IMG/VR virus record: IMGVR_UViG_3300043596_000015
Coordinates: 1 to 39,696 of that record
Source: a virus
Lineage: Duplodnaviria > Caudoviricetes
DNA: 39,696 nucleotides
Strand: one strand, 5' to 3'
Of this stretch, positions 1 through 8,935 are shown piece after piece. Numbering within the stretch: position 1 is the first letter of the stretch; each line of letters opens with the position of its first letter. A program made the position numbers and the translations under genes. Below the pieces are notes generated by a model. That model ran no database searches, was not told the DNA's origin, and worked only from the letters and a program-made list of their open reading frames with translations.

Positions 1-127
1 CGTCCAAGCGCAAGCTGACCTACCCCAACGGTGCGATCCAGATGCTCTACTCGGCCGACGAGCCGGACCGCATCCGAGGACCGCAGCACCACTACGCGTG
101 GGCAGATGAGCTGGCCGCGTGGCGGCG
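1..127. repeat. 127-bp exact terminal direct repeat (identical to 39570-39696); assembly circularisation overlap
   Basis: cgtccaagcg...gcgtggcggcg is identical at both ends, and the terminase reading frame continues across the join. Confidence 0.95.
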
Positions 128-1001
128 CCTCCAGTACGCGTGGGACATGATGCTGATGGGGCTGCGCCTCGGCGAACACCCCCAGATCCTGGCGACCACC
201 ACACCCCGGCCGCTGCCACTCATCAAGGCGATGCTCAAGGACCCGCGCTGCTATACCGTGCGCGGCTCGACATACGACAACCTGTCCAACCTGGCGCCCA
301 CCTTCCGCCGGGCCGTCGTGGCCCGGTATGAGGGCACCACCCTTGGCCGACAGGAACTCGACGCCGAGATCCTCGACGACCTCCCCGGCGCGCTGCTCGC
401 GCGGGCCGTCATCGATGCCGGCCGGGTCGACGCCTGCCCCGATCTACTGCTCCGCGTCGTCGCCATGGACCCGGCGGGTACCGGCCGACGGGACGAGACC
501 GGCCTCATCGCGGGCGGCCAGGGGCCGGACGGTCACGCCTACATCACGCACGATGCCTCGGGGAAGTTCACCCCGCAGGAAGCAGCCTCGCGCGCCTGGG
601 ACCTGGTCGACGCCACCGACGCGGACGTGCTCGTGTATGAGGACAACTTCGGCAAGGGGTGGGTGAAGGAGGTCCTGACCAAGGTCTGGAAGGAGCGCGG
701 CGGGACCGGCAACCCCCCGCTCCAGGAGGTGTGGGCCAGCCTCGGCAAACAGCTCCGCGCGCAGCCCGTCGTCATGAAGTACGAGCAGGGCCGCGTTCAC
801 CACGTCGGCGTGTTCGGCGAGCTGGAGGACCAGTACACGACGTGGATCCCGGATGAGGACCCCAAATCACCCGACCGGGTCGACGCCGCCGTGCACCTGG
901 TCGCCTATCTGACCAAGCGATTCGACATGGGCAAGGTGACCGTCGCATCCCCGGCGCTGCTCCTGGCCACGCGCCGCGCCCCCGGTGCGGGAGGATGGTG
1001 A
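1..1001 (+). CDS. terL: Terminase large subunit, 3' part (gene starts at 39167; about 467 aa when joined)
   Basis: Walker B region AWADELAAW, TTTP motif, nuclease residues VVAMDPA and SPDRVDA. Confidence 0.95.
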   Translation, partial: SKRKLTYPNGAIQMLYSADEPDRIRGPQHHYAWADELAAWRRLQYAWDMMLMGLRLGEHPQILATTTPRPLPLIKAMLKDPRCYTVRGSTYDNLSNLAPTFRRAVVARYEGTTLGRQELDAEILDDLPGALLARAVIDAGRVDACPDLLLRVVAMDPAGTGRRDETGLIAGGQGPDGHAYITHDASGKFTPQEAASRAWDLVDATDADVLVYEDNFGKGWVKEVLTKVWKERGGTGNPPLQEVWASLGKQLRAQPVVMKYEQGRVHHVGVFGELEDQYTTWIPDEDPKSPDRVDAAVHLVAYLTKRFDMGKVTVASPALLLATRRAPGAGGW

Positions 1002-1004
1002 CAC

Positions 1005-1295
1005 ATGGACACGATCACGTTCGTACTCGCAGCCCTGGCCACTGCCCGGCTCACCCGTCTCGTCACCACGGACCGCATCACTCAGGCGCCCCGGGGACGA
1101 GCGGTCCGCGCGCTGCCAGACGGCTCCCTGCTGGCCTACCTCATCGTCTGCGACTGGTGCGTCAGCACTTACGTGGGAGCGGCCACAGCAGGGGCCTGGT
1201 GGCTCTGGGGTGACACCATGACATTCACGGCCGTCACTGCGGCACTGGCGTTCAGCTACGTTGCCGGGTTCCTGGCATCAAGGGATGGTGAGTGA
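1005..1295 (+). CDS. DUF1360-like small membrane protein
   Basis: LATARLTRLVTTDRI...LIVCDWCVS pattern, hydrophobic segments, position between terminase and portal. Confidence 0.75.
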   Translation: MDTITFVLAALATARLTRLVTTDRITQAPRGRAVRALPDGSLLAYLIVCDWCVSTYVGAATAGAWWLWGDTMTFTAVTAALAFSYVAGFLASRDGE

Positions 1296-3097
1296 TGGCT
1301 CTGTTCGCCCGTCGCAAGAACGAGACGGCACCCCCGAAGGCGGTGCTGGCCGCAGCCATGCCCCTGGTCGGGCCCGAGGTCCGGCAGGTCGGCAACCTGC
1401 GCCGGGCACAGACCGTCGAGGGGTGGCAGACGGACGCCTGGTACTTCTTCGACGCGGTGGGTGAGCTGCGCTCCCCCGTCACCTTCATCGCCAACGCGTG
1501 CAGCCAGGCGACGCCGTTCGCAGCGGAGATCGACCAGGACACGCAGCTCGTCACCGGGCCGACCGAGGACGAGCGGGTACAGCGCGTCGCCGCGATGATC
1601 CTCGGTGGCGCGTCGCAGCGGGCCCAGCTCCTCCAGACCATCGCGGTGTGCTGGCAGATCCCCGGGGAGCTGTTCGTCGTGGTGCGCCCCACCCCGGACC
1701 GTCAGGGCGTCGTCATGCCGGACACGTGGCTCGTGCTGTCCGGGCAGAAGGTGACCGTCAAGGGCGGCTCGTGGACGTACATCGACCCCATGACCATGCT
1801 GCCGGTCAGCCTCGGCGCCCGAGACCGGCTCTTCCGCGTCTGGTCCCCGCACCCCAACGACCAGGCAAAGGCCGACACCGCCGTGCGCCCGGCGCTGCCC
1901 ATCCTGCGGGAGATCGAGAAGGCCTCGATGAACATCGCGGCCAAGCTCGACAGCCGCCTTGCCTCCAACGGGATCTGGCTCTACCCGCAGGAGGCCGACT
2001 TCCCCGCTGCTGACGGGGTCCCGAAGGCAACCGCGATCGCGCGGTACATCATGGAGGCGATGGAGGCCTCGCTGTCCAATCCGGGCACCGCAGGAGCGCA
2101 GGCACCCATCCTCATCGAGATGCCGTCCGAGTTCATCGACGTCGCGTCCAAGTCACACATCGACTTCACCACCGCCCTCGACGGTGAAGTCGTGGAGCTG
2201 AGGAACAACGCGCTCAACCGCCTCGCGGTCACCCTGGACATGCCCAAGGACGTCGCGGCGGGGACCCAGTCCGAGGCCAATCACTGGTCCGCCTGGCAGG
2301 TGGAGGAGTCCACGTACAAGATCTACATCGAGCCGCTGCTACAGCGCATCGCCGACGCGCTCACCGAGCACTGGTTCCGGCCCGCACTGAGGGCCATGGG
2401 CATCACGGACGTCGAGCGGTACGTCATCGACTGGGACACCGCCGCGATCGTCAAGCGGCCGGACGCCACCGAGGACCAGAACTGGCTCTGGGACAACGAC
2501 CTGATCTCGGACGATGCACGGCGCATCGCCTCCGGCATCCCCGACGATGCCATCCCGTCCGATGATGAGCTGGAAGTGAGGCGCCTGTTCGAGCTGACCA
2601 AGCTGGATCCAACGCTGCTGGCCGTCCCGGAGTACGCGGCCATGCTCGGACTGCCCGCCCGGCCGGCCGCGACCTCGGCGGCTCCCATTGTCGACACCGC
2701 TGTAGACGCTGCGCCGGCCGACACCCGCGCACTGCCCGCCGCACAGACCGAGCCCGACGCCGACACCACCGGGCTCACGGCGGCGGCTGAGCTTCTGGTG
2801 TTCGATGCGCTGTCGCGTGTGGGAGGGCGGCTGCTGACCAACCAGAACCGGGGCCAGTTCACGAGCACACCCCGCCACGAACTCCACACGGTGATCGGGT
2901 CCAGCGTTGCCAGTGACGACGCTCTGCTCGAAGGGTCGTTCCAGTTCGTGACCCAGGTGGCGGACGCGTTCGGGCTGGACGCGGGCGATCTTGAGTACGT
3001 GCTGCGCCGACACGTGATCGGCCTCATGAACGCGTGCAAGCCGCATGACCGGGCTGTGTTGACTCGGGATCTGCGCCACGTCACGCGGCGCCCGTGA
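1295..3097 (+). CDS. Portal protein
   Basis: About 600 aa following terminase; WQTDAW..F.AVGEL, RVWSPHP and NHWSAWQVEE motifs typical of actinophage portals. Confidence 0.85.
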   Translation: MALFARRKNETAPPKAVLAAAMPLVGPEVRQVGNLRRAQTVEGWQTDAWYFFDAVGELRSPVTFIANACSQATPFAAEIDQDTQLVTGPTEDERVQRVAAMILGGASQRAQLLQTIAVCWQIPGELFVVVRPTPDRQGVVMPDTWLVLSGQKVTVKGGSWTYIDPMTMLPVSLGARDRLFRVWSPHPNDQAKADTAVRPALPILREIEKASMNIAAKLDSRLASNGIWLYPQEADFPAADGVPKATAIARYIMEAMEASLSNPGTAGAQAPILIEMPSEFIDVASKSHIDFTTALDGEVVELRNNALNRLAVTLDMPKDVAAGTQSEANHWSAWQVEESTYKIYIEPLLQRIADALTEHWFRPALRAMGITDVERYVIDWDTAAIVKRPDATEDQNWLWDNDLISDDARRIASGIPDDAIPSDDELEVRRLFELTKLDPTLLAVPEYAAMLGLPARPAATSAAPIVDTAVDAAPADTRALPAAQTEPDADTTGLTAAAELLVFDALSRVGGRLLTNQNRGQFTSTPRHELHTVIGSSVASDDALLEGSFQFVTQVADAFGLDAGDLEYVLRRHVIGLMNACKPHDRAVLTRDLRHVTRRP

Positions 3098-3903
3098 GCA
3101 CCCCACCGGGCCGTGACCCGCATCTGCCCGCAAGGCTGCGCGCACTGAGCATCATCACGGACGGAGAGCTGCGCACGGGGCGTGCCTGGTTCCGGGCCCT
3201 GAGCCGCTTCCTGGACCGCGTCAGGCCCGGCGTGGTGTCCGGGAGCGAGAACCTCGACCCGGGCCGTGTGTCGGACGCACAGGCGTTCTGGACGGACGAG
3301 GTGAACGTCCGGGTGCTGCCGACGATCGCTCAGACTCTGCGCGGTGCGTTCCGGCGGGTCACCGGGGCGGGCGATCCGATCACAGATAGCTACGTACAGT
3401 CATATCTGAACACAGCCGGTAACCGTCTGGTGAGAATTCCTGACGAGGTCTACAGCCTTGTAGTCGCTGAGATCGAGCGCGGCATCCGGGAGGGAGACGG
3501 AATCCGGGAGGTCACAGCGGGCGTCAACCAGATCCTCACCGCCACCGGATCGGAGCGCTGGACCAACCGGGCCGTGACCGTGGCACGCACCGAGACGATG
3601 GGCGCAGTCAACGCAGGCGTCTTCCGGGGAGCGCAGCTCGATGCCCAGCAGCGGGGCGACCCGGCGCCGTTCAAGCTGTGGCTCGCCACTGAGGACACCC
3701 GTACCCGCCCGACCCACGCAGCAGCCGACAAGCAGCGCACGCTCCTCACCGAGCCCTTCCGGGTGGGCGGGGCGCAGCTCATGTTCCCGGGCGACCCGAC
3801 CGGCCCGGCAGGAGAGGTTATCAACTGCCGCTGCACCATGCTCCCGATCGTGCTCGGCGAACAGATCGACTGGACCGACCGACAGTTCCGAACAGAGGAG
3901 TGA
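3094..3903 (+). CDS. MuF-like head morphogenesis / minor capsid protein
   Basis: ARTET, KLWLATED.RTRPTH and LMFPGDP...EVINCRC motifs. Confidence 0.9.
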   Translation: MSTPPGRDPHLPARLRALSIITDGELRTGRAWFRALSRFLDRVRPGVVSGSENLDPGRVSDAQAFWTDEVNVRVLPTIAQTLRGAFRRVTGAGDPITDSYVQSYLNTAGNRLVRIPDEVYSLVVAEIERGIREGDGIREVTAGVNQILTATGSERWTNRAVTVARTETMGAVNAGVFRGAQLDAQQRGDPAPFKLWLATEDTRTRPTHAAADKQRTLLTEPFRVGGAQLMFPGDPTGPAGEVINCRCTMLPIVLGEQIDWTDRQFRTEE

Positions 3904-3905
3904 CC

Positions 3906-5411
3906 ATGGCACGCACATGGAGCGCGGTGCTCGCCCGGCTGGGCGTGCCGACCGGAGACGGGCGACTGCTCGCAGAGGGCGGGGGATCAAGCCGGGACCT
4001 CCCGCTGCCGCTGCTGTACCAGCGCGAGACCGGGGACGGGCACGGCGGGTCCGTCGTGATCGGCCGCATCGAGACCCTGTCCATCGGCAACGGCATGGTC
4101 ACGGCTACAGGGTCGCTGCTGGAGGAGTCGGCCTACTCCTTCTACGCGATCGACTCCATCGAAGCGGGCGTCATCGGCCCGTCCGTCGACCTGGACGACA
4201 TCGAGTACGTGGCAGACGAGGACGGCAACGCCACGATCACGCGGTGGCGGGTGGCCGGCGCGACGCTGGTAGCCATCCCCGCGTTCGCCGATGTGTCCCT
4301 CACCCTGGACCCGCTGCCCGTCGAGCCGACAGAGCCCTCCTACGAGCTGGTGTACTCCCTCATGGCTTCGGTGCGCACCACGGGGTGGGCAGACATGCCG
4401 ATCGCCGATGAGGCGCGGCCGTGGGACGGAGCAGCGGCTGCGGGCCGGGTGTTCGCATGGGCGACCGACGGGGACACTACGGACTGGGCGCGCTACGCCA
4501 GGGCGTTCCTGCGCAAGGACGACGACGCCAATCCCGAGACGCGCGGCGCCTACGGCTTCGGGATCGCGGACGTCATCGACGGGACGCTGACCATCGTGCC
4601 TCGCGGTGTGTTCGCTGCTGCGGCCGCCACGCAGGGCGCGAGGGGCAACGGGGCGCCCCAGGACGCGGAGGCCATGCAGCGGGTACTGAGGGGCATCTAT
4701 GGGCGCATGGACAGGGATGCTCCCTTCGCCCTGGCCGCCTCGGCCTCGGTCGCGGAAGTGCTGCCGCCGGCCGAGTGGTTCGCTGCGCCGGACGTGGACC
4801 GGGTCACGCCGCTCACGGTGACGGACACGGGCCGGGTGTTCGGCCACATTGCGCCGTGGGGTCAGTGCCATGTCGGGATGCCGGGATGCGTGACGGCACC
4901 GACCAGCCCGACCGGGTACTCCTACTTCCACGTCGGCACTCAGAGGGTCCAGGACGGGGCTGTGCTGCCCGTGGGGACGCTCACGGTGGGCGGAGGGCAC
5001 GCGGATGCCTCGCTGGGCTTCATGGCCGCAGCAGAGCATTACGACAACGTGGGCGCTGCGGTGGCAAAGGTGGTCGCCGGGGAGGACGAGTTCGGTATCT
5101 GGGTTGCGGGCTGGCTGCTCCCATCGGCGGACCCGACGCGGCGCGAACAGTTCATGTCGAGCCCGGTGTCGGGGGACTGGCGCAGCATCGGCGGGTCACT
5201 GGAGATGATCGCGGTGTGTTCGGTGAACACGCCCGGCTTCCCGGTGCCGCGAGCGCGGGTCAGCTTCGCGCTGGGAGTGCAGCGCTCGCTCATCGGCACG
5301 TTCGGGATCAAGCCTGTGGAGGGAGCCCTGCCCGACCAGGCGCAGGAGTCGGAAGACATGATGATGGCAGCGCGCGCCAAGTGGGCGTGGCTCAACGCGA
5401 AGGGGAAGTGA
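3906..5411 (+). CDS. Putative capsid maturation protease (multidomain)
   Basis: TGDGR, GH.G..VIGRI, GPSVDLD and ATLVAIPAF N-terminal motifs; position before the capsid gene; RBS gaggag at 3895-3900. Confidence 0.7.
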   Translation: MARTWSAVLARLGVPTGDGRLLAEGGGSSRDLPLPLLYQRETGDGHGGSVVIGRIETLSIGNGMVTATGSLLEESAYSFYAIDSIEAGVIGPSVDLDDIEYVADEDGNATITRWRVAGATLVAIPAFADVSLTLDPLPVEPTEPSYELVYSLMASVRTTGWADMPIADEARPWDGAAAAGRVFAWATDGDTTDWARYARAFLRKDDDANPETRGAYGFGIADVIDGTLTIVPRGVFAAAAATQGARGNGAPQDAEAMQRVLRGIYGRMDRDAPFALAASASVAEVLPPAEWFAAPDVDRVTPLTVTDTGRVFGHIAPWGQCHVGMPGCVTAPTSPTGYSYFHVGTQRVQDGAVLPVGTLTVGGGHADASLGFMAAAEHYDNVGAAVAKVVAGEDEFGIWVAGWLLPSADPTRREQFMSSPVSGDWRSIGGSLEMIAVCSVNTPGFPVPRARVSFALGVQRSLIGTFGIKPVEGALPDQAQESEDMMMAARAKWAWLNAKGK

Positions 5412-5412
5412 C

Positions 5413-5577
5413 ATGGGGTGCGGTTGTGGCGGGGCGAAGGCGACCAGCGATCAGGCGGTGAGCATTGACGGGGTGGAGGTCTACCGGGGTGCGTCGGTGG
5501 CGGATGCGCGGATGTGGATCGCGAAGAACGCGGCGGGGAAGCGGGCGACTCTGAAGGCAGTGCCGAAGGAGAAGTAA
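5413..5577 (+). CDS. Small 54-aa protein with N-terminal MGCGC motif
   Basis: Read from sequence: MGCGCGGAKATSDQAVSIDG...KEK*, RBS aagggg upstream; below the ORF-track cutoff. Confidence 0.65.
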   Translation: MGCGCGGAKATSDQAVSIDGVEVYRGASVADARMWIAKNAAGKRATLKAVPKEK

Positions 5578-5594
5578 CTACGCACAGTTGCGGA

Positions 5595-5632
5595 GAGGGG
5601 TCCGGCGGATGATCTTCGTCGGACCCCTCTTC
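5595..5632 (+). terminator. GC-rich hairpin, probable terminator
   Basis: agaggggtccggcg...cgtcggacccctct followed by tct. Confidence 0.55.
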
Positions 5633-5673
5633 TGTCCGTTTTGCTCCAACATGGGCCGTGACCATTCCGTTAC

Positions 5674-5700
5674 TTTGTACCATGGTTTGGTTGGTACAAA
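5674..5700. promoter_or_regulatory. Perfect 9-bp inverted repeat, operator-like
   Basis: TTTGTACCA-N9-TGGTACAAA in an AT-rich intergenic region. Confidence 0.5.
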
Positions 5701-5747
5701 GACTGACCACGATCACGAAGCCACCCCACTGACCTGCAATTGAAGAT

Positions 5748-5836
5748 CCGGTTACTGCGGTTACTTCTCCGATGGTTAACCAGGATTTTGAGATTCCACC
5801 CGAGGTTTAACAATTCGAGAAGTAACCACGGTAACC
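5748..5836. repeat. Palindromic origin-like element, copy 1 (intergenic)
   Basis: GGTTAC..CGGTTACTTCTC ... GAGAAGTAACCACGGTAACC; near-identical to 29452-29539. Confidence 0.85.
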
Positions 5837-5911
5837 GCCCTGAAAAGATCTTGCTCTCTGTGACGATCCGACCCCCACAGAGCGTGACGCGTATGCTGGG
5901 CGCAGACGAGC

Positions 5912-5983
5912 TGCTGAGCTGAGAGCCGGGCCCGTCGCCACAACTGAAGAGCCCCACCCCTTCGGTGCTGAGCTGAGAGCCGG
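5912..5983 (+). repeat. 18-bp direct repeat in the capsid gene leader
   Basis: TGCTGAGCTGAGAGCCGG at 5912-5929 and 5966-5983. Confidence 0.85.
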
Positions 5984-6034
5984 CCGTCAGGTGATGTGAC
6001 CATCCGTCCCGACGCGCCTATGGAGGCTCCCGTC

Positions 6035-7798
6035 ATGTCCGAAGAGATCAAGCCCACCGAGCCGGTCGCGTTCAGCGCAGATGCGCTCGACGACGCCGCG
6101 CTCTACGCCGCGTACGAGACCGCCAAGACCCGGGGCGCCGAACTGGCCGCCAAGGACGCCCTCAGCGTCGACGAGTCCGCCGAGCTCTCGACCCTCTCCG
6201 CACACGTGGACGTCGTCTCCGAGGCGATCACGGCGCGCGAGACCGCAGCCGCCGCACTGGCCGAGACCCGCTCCAAGTTCACCGCCCTCCCGGACCGCGC
6301 CGCCCCCGTGGCCCCGCAGGCCGTCCAGGCGCCCGCTGTGGAGCCTGTCGCCCCCGTCCAGGTGTCTGCGGCCGTCGCCGTTCCCAGCGTTGCTCAGATG
6401 GCCGCTCAGCCGATCCTGCCGACCGAGGTCATCAAGGCGTCCCCCGGCACCACCATCACCGCGTTCGTCTCCTCCGACGCCGCGGGCTTCACGGGCAAGA
6501 GCGCGGGCCAGGAGTACGACGGCCTGACCGAGATCAGCCAGGCGCTCATCGCCTCGGCCGAGCAGTACGGGCGTAGCGGCGGCGGCCAGGGTGCGCGTCA
6601 CGCGGTCGCCCAGTTCAAGCGCGACCGTGGCGCCGAGTTCACCATCGAGCCGCGCGACGACAACAACCGGCAGATGGAAGTTCTCCGTCACGCCCGGTCC
6701 GAGGCGCGCCTGCACGGCGGTTCGCTCGCCAAGCAGTGGCAGCACAACGTGGACTCCGGCATGAGCCTGACGGCCGCCGCCGGCTGGTGCGCCCCGTCCG
6801 AGAACGTGTACGACCTGTGCCGCATGTGGGACGGCTCGACCGGCATCCTCGACCTGCCGACCGTCACCGCCAGGCGCGGCGGCCTGAACTACACCGACGA
6901 GCCGTCGTTCGCGGACATCTATGCCAACGCCGTGGCCGTCGGGGGTGGCTCGAACTTCCTGACCGAAGCGCAGGTCATCGCCGACACCGTCAAGACCTGC
7001 TCCGTCATCCCCTGCCCGGCCTTCACGGACCGGCGCCTGGACGTCATGGCGCTCTGCATCCGGGTCAGCTTCCTCCAGGCGGCCGGCTTCCCCGAGCTGG
7101 TCAACCTGTGGCAGGACGGCCTCCTGGCCGCCCACGAGCAGGAGATGAACCGCATCATCCTCGCGAACATGATCACGACCGCTGGTGCGGCCACCGTGTT
7201 CGCCAACCCGGACCCGACCCCGGCGGGCGGCCCCGGCGACTCCTTCACGTCCAGCCTGCTCGCGGCCGTCGAGCTCGCGCGCACCGACCTCATCTATCAG
7301 CAGCTCATGCCGTTCAACTCGACGCTTGAGATCGTTCTGCCGTACTGGGTCATCGCCCAGATTCGTGCGGACCTGTCGCGCCGGACCGGCGTCGACCTGC
7401 TCAACGTCCAGGACTCGACCATCGCGTCCCTCTTCTCGACGCGCGGTGTCCGCCCGCAGTTCGTGCGCGGCTGGCAGGACGGTCTCATCACCGGTGGCGC
7501 GCTGGCCCCCGCCTTCCCGGGTGGCGACGCCACGGCGCCGTACATGACCGCGCTGCCGTCCTCGGTCCAGTTCCTGGCCTACCCGGCCGGTTCGGTCGCG
7601 GTCGCCCGTCAGGACGTCGTCACGCTGACCAACGTCTACGACGCGGCCAGCCTGGCCACCAACCAGTTCACGGCCCTGTTCGCGGAGGAGGGTTTCGCGC
7701 CCATCTACCCGTGCCCCGGTCTGCGCCTGTACACCGCTGCCGGTTGCGTCGGCGGTATCACTGGTGCCGCCTCGATCAACTGCACCACCGAGGCGTAA
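6035..7798 (+). CDS. Major capsid protein (hexamer type, N-terminal scaffold-like region)
   Basis: About 590 aa; coiled-coil/Ala-Pro N-terminus then AAAGWCAPSE..YDLC motif, as in mycobacteriophage cluster B-type capsids; RBS ggagg. Confidence 0.85.
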   Translation: MSEEIKPTEPVAFSADALDDAALYAAYETAKTRGAELAAKDALSVDESAELSTLSAHVDVVSEAITARETAAAALAETRSKFTALPDRAAPVAPQAVQAPAVEPVAPVQVSAAVAVPSVAQMAAQPILPTEVIKASPGTTITAFVSSDAAGFTGKSAGQEYDGLTEISQALIASAEQYGRSGGGQGARHAVAQFKRDRGAEFTIEPRDDNNRQMEVLRHARSEARLHGGSLAKQWQHNVDSGMSLTAAAGWCAPSENVYDLCRMWDGSTGILDLPTVTARRGGLNYTDEPSFADIYANAVAVGGGSNFLTEAQVIADTVKTCSVIPCPAFTDRRLDVMALCIRVSFLQAAGFPELVNLWQDGLLAAHEQEMNRIILANMITTAGAATVFANPDPTPAGGPGDSFTSSLLAAVELARTDLIYQQLMPFNSTLEIVLPYWVIAQIRADLSRRTGVDLLNVQDSTIASLFSTRGVRPQFVRGWQDGLITGGALAPAFPGGDATAPYMTALPSSVQFLAYPAGSVAVARQDVVTLTNVYDAASLATNQFTALFAEEGFAPIYPCPGLRLYTAAGCVGGITGAASINCTTEA

Positions 7799-7809
7799 CC
7801 CTCCCGACC

Positions 7810-7843
7810 GGTGGCCGCCGCTCCGTCCATAGCGGCGGCCACC
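7810..7843 (+). terminator. 13-bp GC hairpin between the two capsid genes
   Basis: ggtggccgccgct / agcggcggccacc. Confidence 0.7.
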
Positions 7844-7865
7844 TTCTCCGGAGAGGAGTGGACGC

Positions 7866-8729
7866 ATGGCAAAGATCATCACCAACAACAACCAGCTCAT
7901 CGCCACCCCGCCCGTCGGGCTGCTGCGGTACGGCATCTTCACCGCTGCCGCAGCGATCCTCCCGATGGACAACCGCATCATCGCGTCCGGTCTGAGCTTC
8001 CTGTCCGATCACTGCGGTGGCGCCAACACCTACGACCAGACGTGTGCGCTGTCTCCGGTCAAGCCCTTCACCGAGGGCTCGGACCTGATGGAGGCCGACC
8101 CGTTCTGGGTCATCGCGCGCAAGCGCTGTGGCGCTGTCGGGCGCACCGGTGAAGAGATGCTGTCCGCAGTGCGGCAGCAGCTCACCACGGCCGAGCAGGA
8201 AGTCGTGGAGTCCGTGGTGTGGGACGGGGCCGGTCTGACGACCGTCACGCCCACCCTGACGGCCTCAGGAGCGACGATCGTGACTCCGGCGGCCCCCGGT
8301 GCCGGAACGGCCATCGCAGCGCTGGAGGAAGCGTTCTACGACGTCTACGGGTACATGGGCACCATCCATGTGAACACTCAGGCGTACGCGGCGGCCGCCT
8401 ACTCCAACCTGGTGGTGCGTGACGGGGGTCTGCTCAAGACCCCGCTCGGCTCCACCTGGTCGTTCGGCCCCGGCTACAACATCACCGGACCGGACGACGT
8501 CGCCCCCGCAGCAGGGTTCGTGTGGGCGTTCATGACGGGCAAGACAACCATCTGGCGTACGGAGATCCTTCCGCAGCCGGCGCCCGGCCAGACCCTGGAC
8601 CGGTCGCTGAACCAGTGGGACGTGCTCGCTGAGCGTGTCTACGCGGTCACCTGGGACTGCCCGGACATCTTCGCCGTTCAGATCCCGGTCGCCGCTCCGG
8701 CCACGACCGCAGCTCCGGCGGTGCCGTAA
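7866..8729 (+). CDS. Second capsid protein (probable capsid pentamer protein)
   Basis: 287 aa directly after the hexamer-type capsid; YGIF, AIAALE, LKTPLG....G.GY and N....LAER motifs; synteny with cluster B-type phages. Confidence 0.65.
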   Translation: MAKIITNNNQLIATPPVGLLRYGIFTAAAAILPMDNRIIASGLSFLSDHCGGANTYDQTCALSPVKPFTEGSDLMEADPFWVIARKRCGAVGRTGEEMLSAVRQQLTTAEQEVVESVVWDGAGLTTVTPTLTASGATIVTPAAPGAGTAIAALEEAFYDVYGYMGTIHVNTQAYAAAAYSNLVVRDGGLLKTPLGSTWSFGPGYNITGPDDVAPAAGFVWAFMTGKTTIWRTEILPQPAPGQTLDRSLNQWDVLAERVYAVTWDCPDIFAVQIPVAAPATTAAPAVP

Positions 8730-8935
8730 TGATCGGCGCCGACTGGACGACCGTCATCCCGGCCCCGGGGGAGGTGGCCGAGACCGCTCGGGCGCTGCTC
8801 GATGTGGCCACCGACCCCGCCCACGTCCGCACGGTCAAGGGCGGCCAAGAGTTCCTGGTCGCCCCCTACGTGGCCGAAGCGCTCAACCCACCGAAGCGGC
8901 CGCGCAAGCCGCGCGCGAGTAAGGAAGATGCCTGA
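8729..8935 (+). CDS. Small virion-region protein
   Basis: 68-aa ORF coupled at both ends by stop/start overlaps. Confidence 0.6.
   Translation: MIGADWTTVIPAPGEVAETARALLDVATDPAHVRTVKGGQEFLVAPYVAEALNPPKRPRKPRASKEDA

Noticed and set aside
5987-7981. Long antisense ORFs (664 aa here; also 29959-31455, 19711-21210, 12545-13816)
   Set aside because: Shadow frames of real high-GC genes, with no recognisable motifs.
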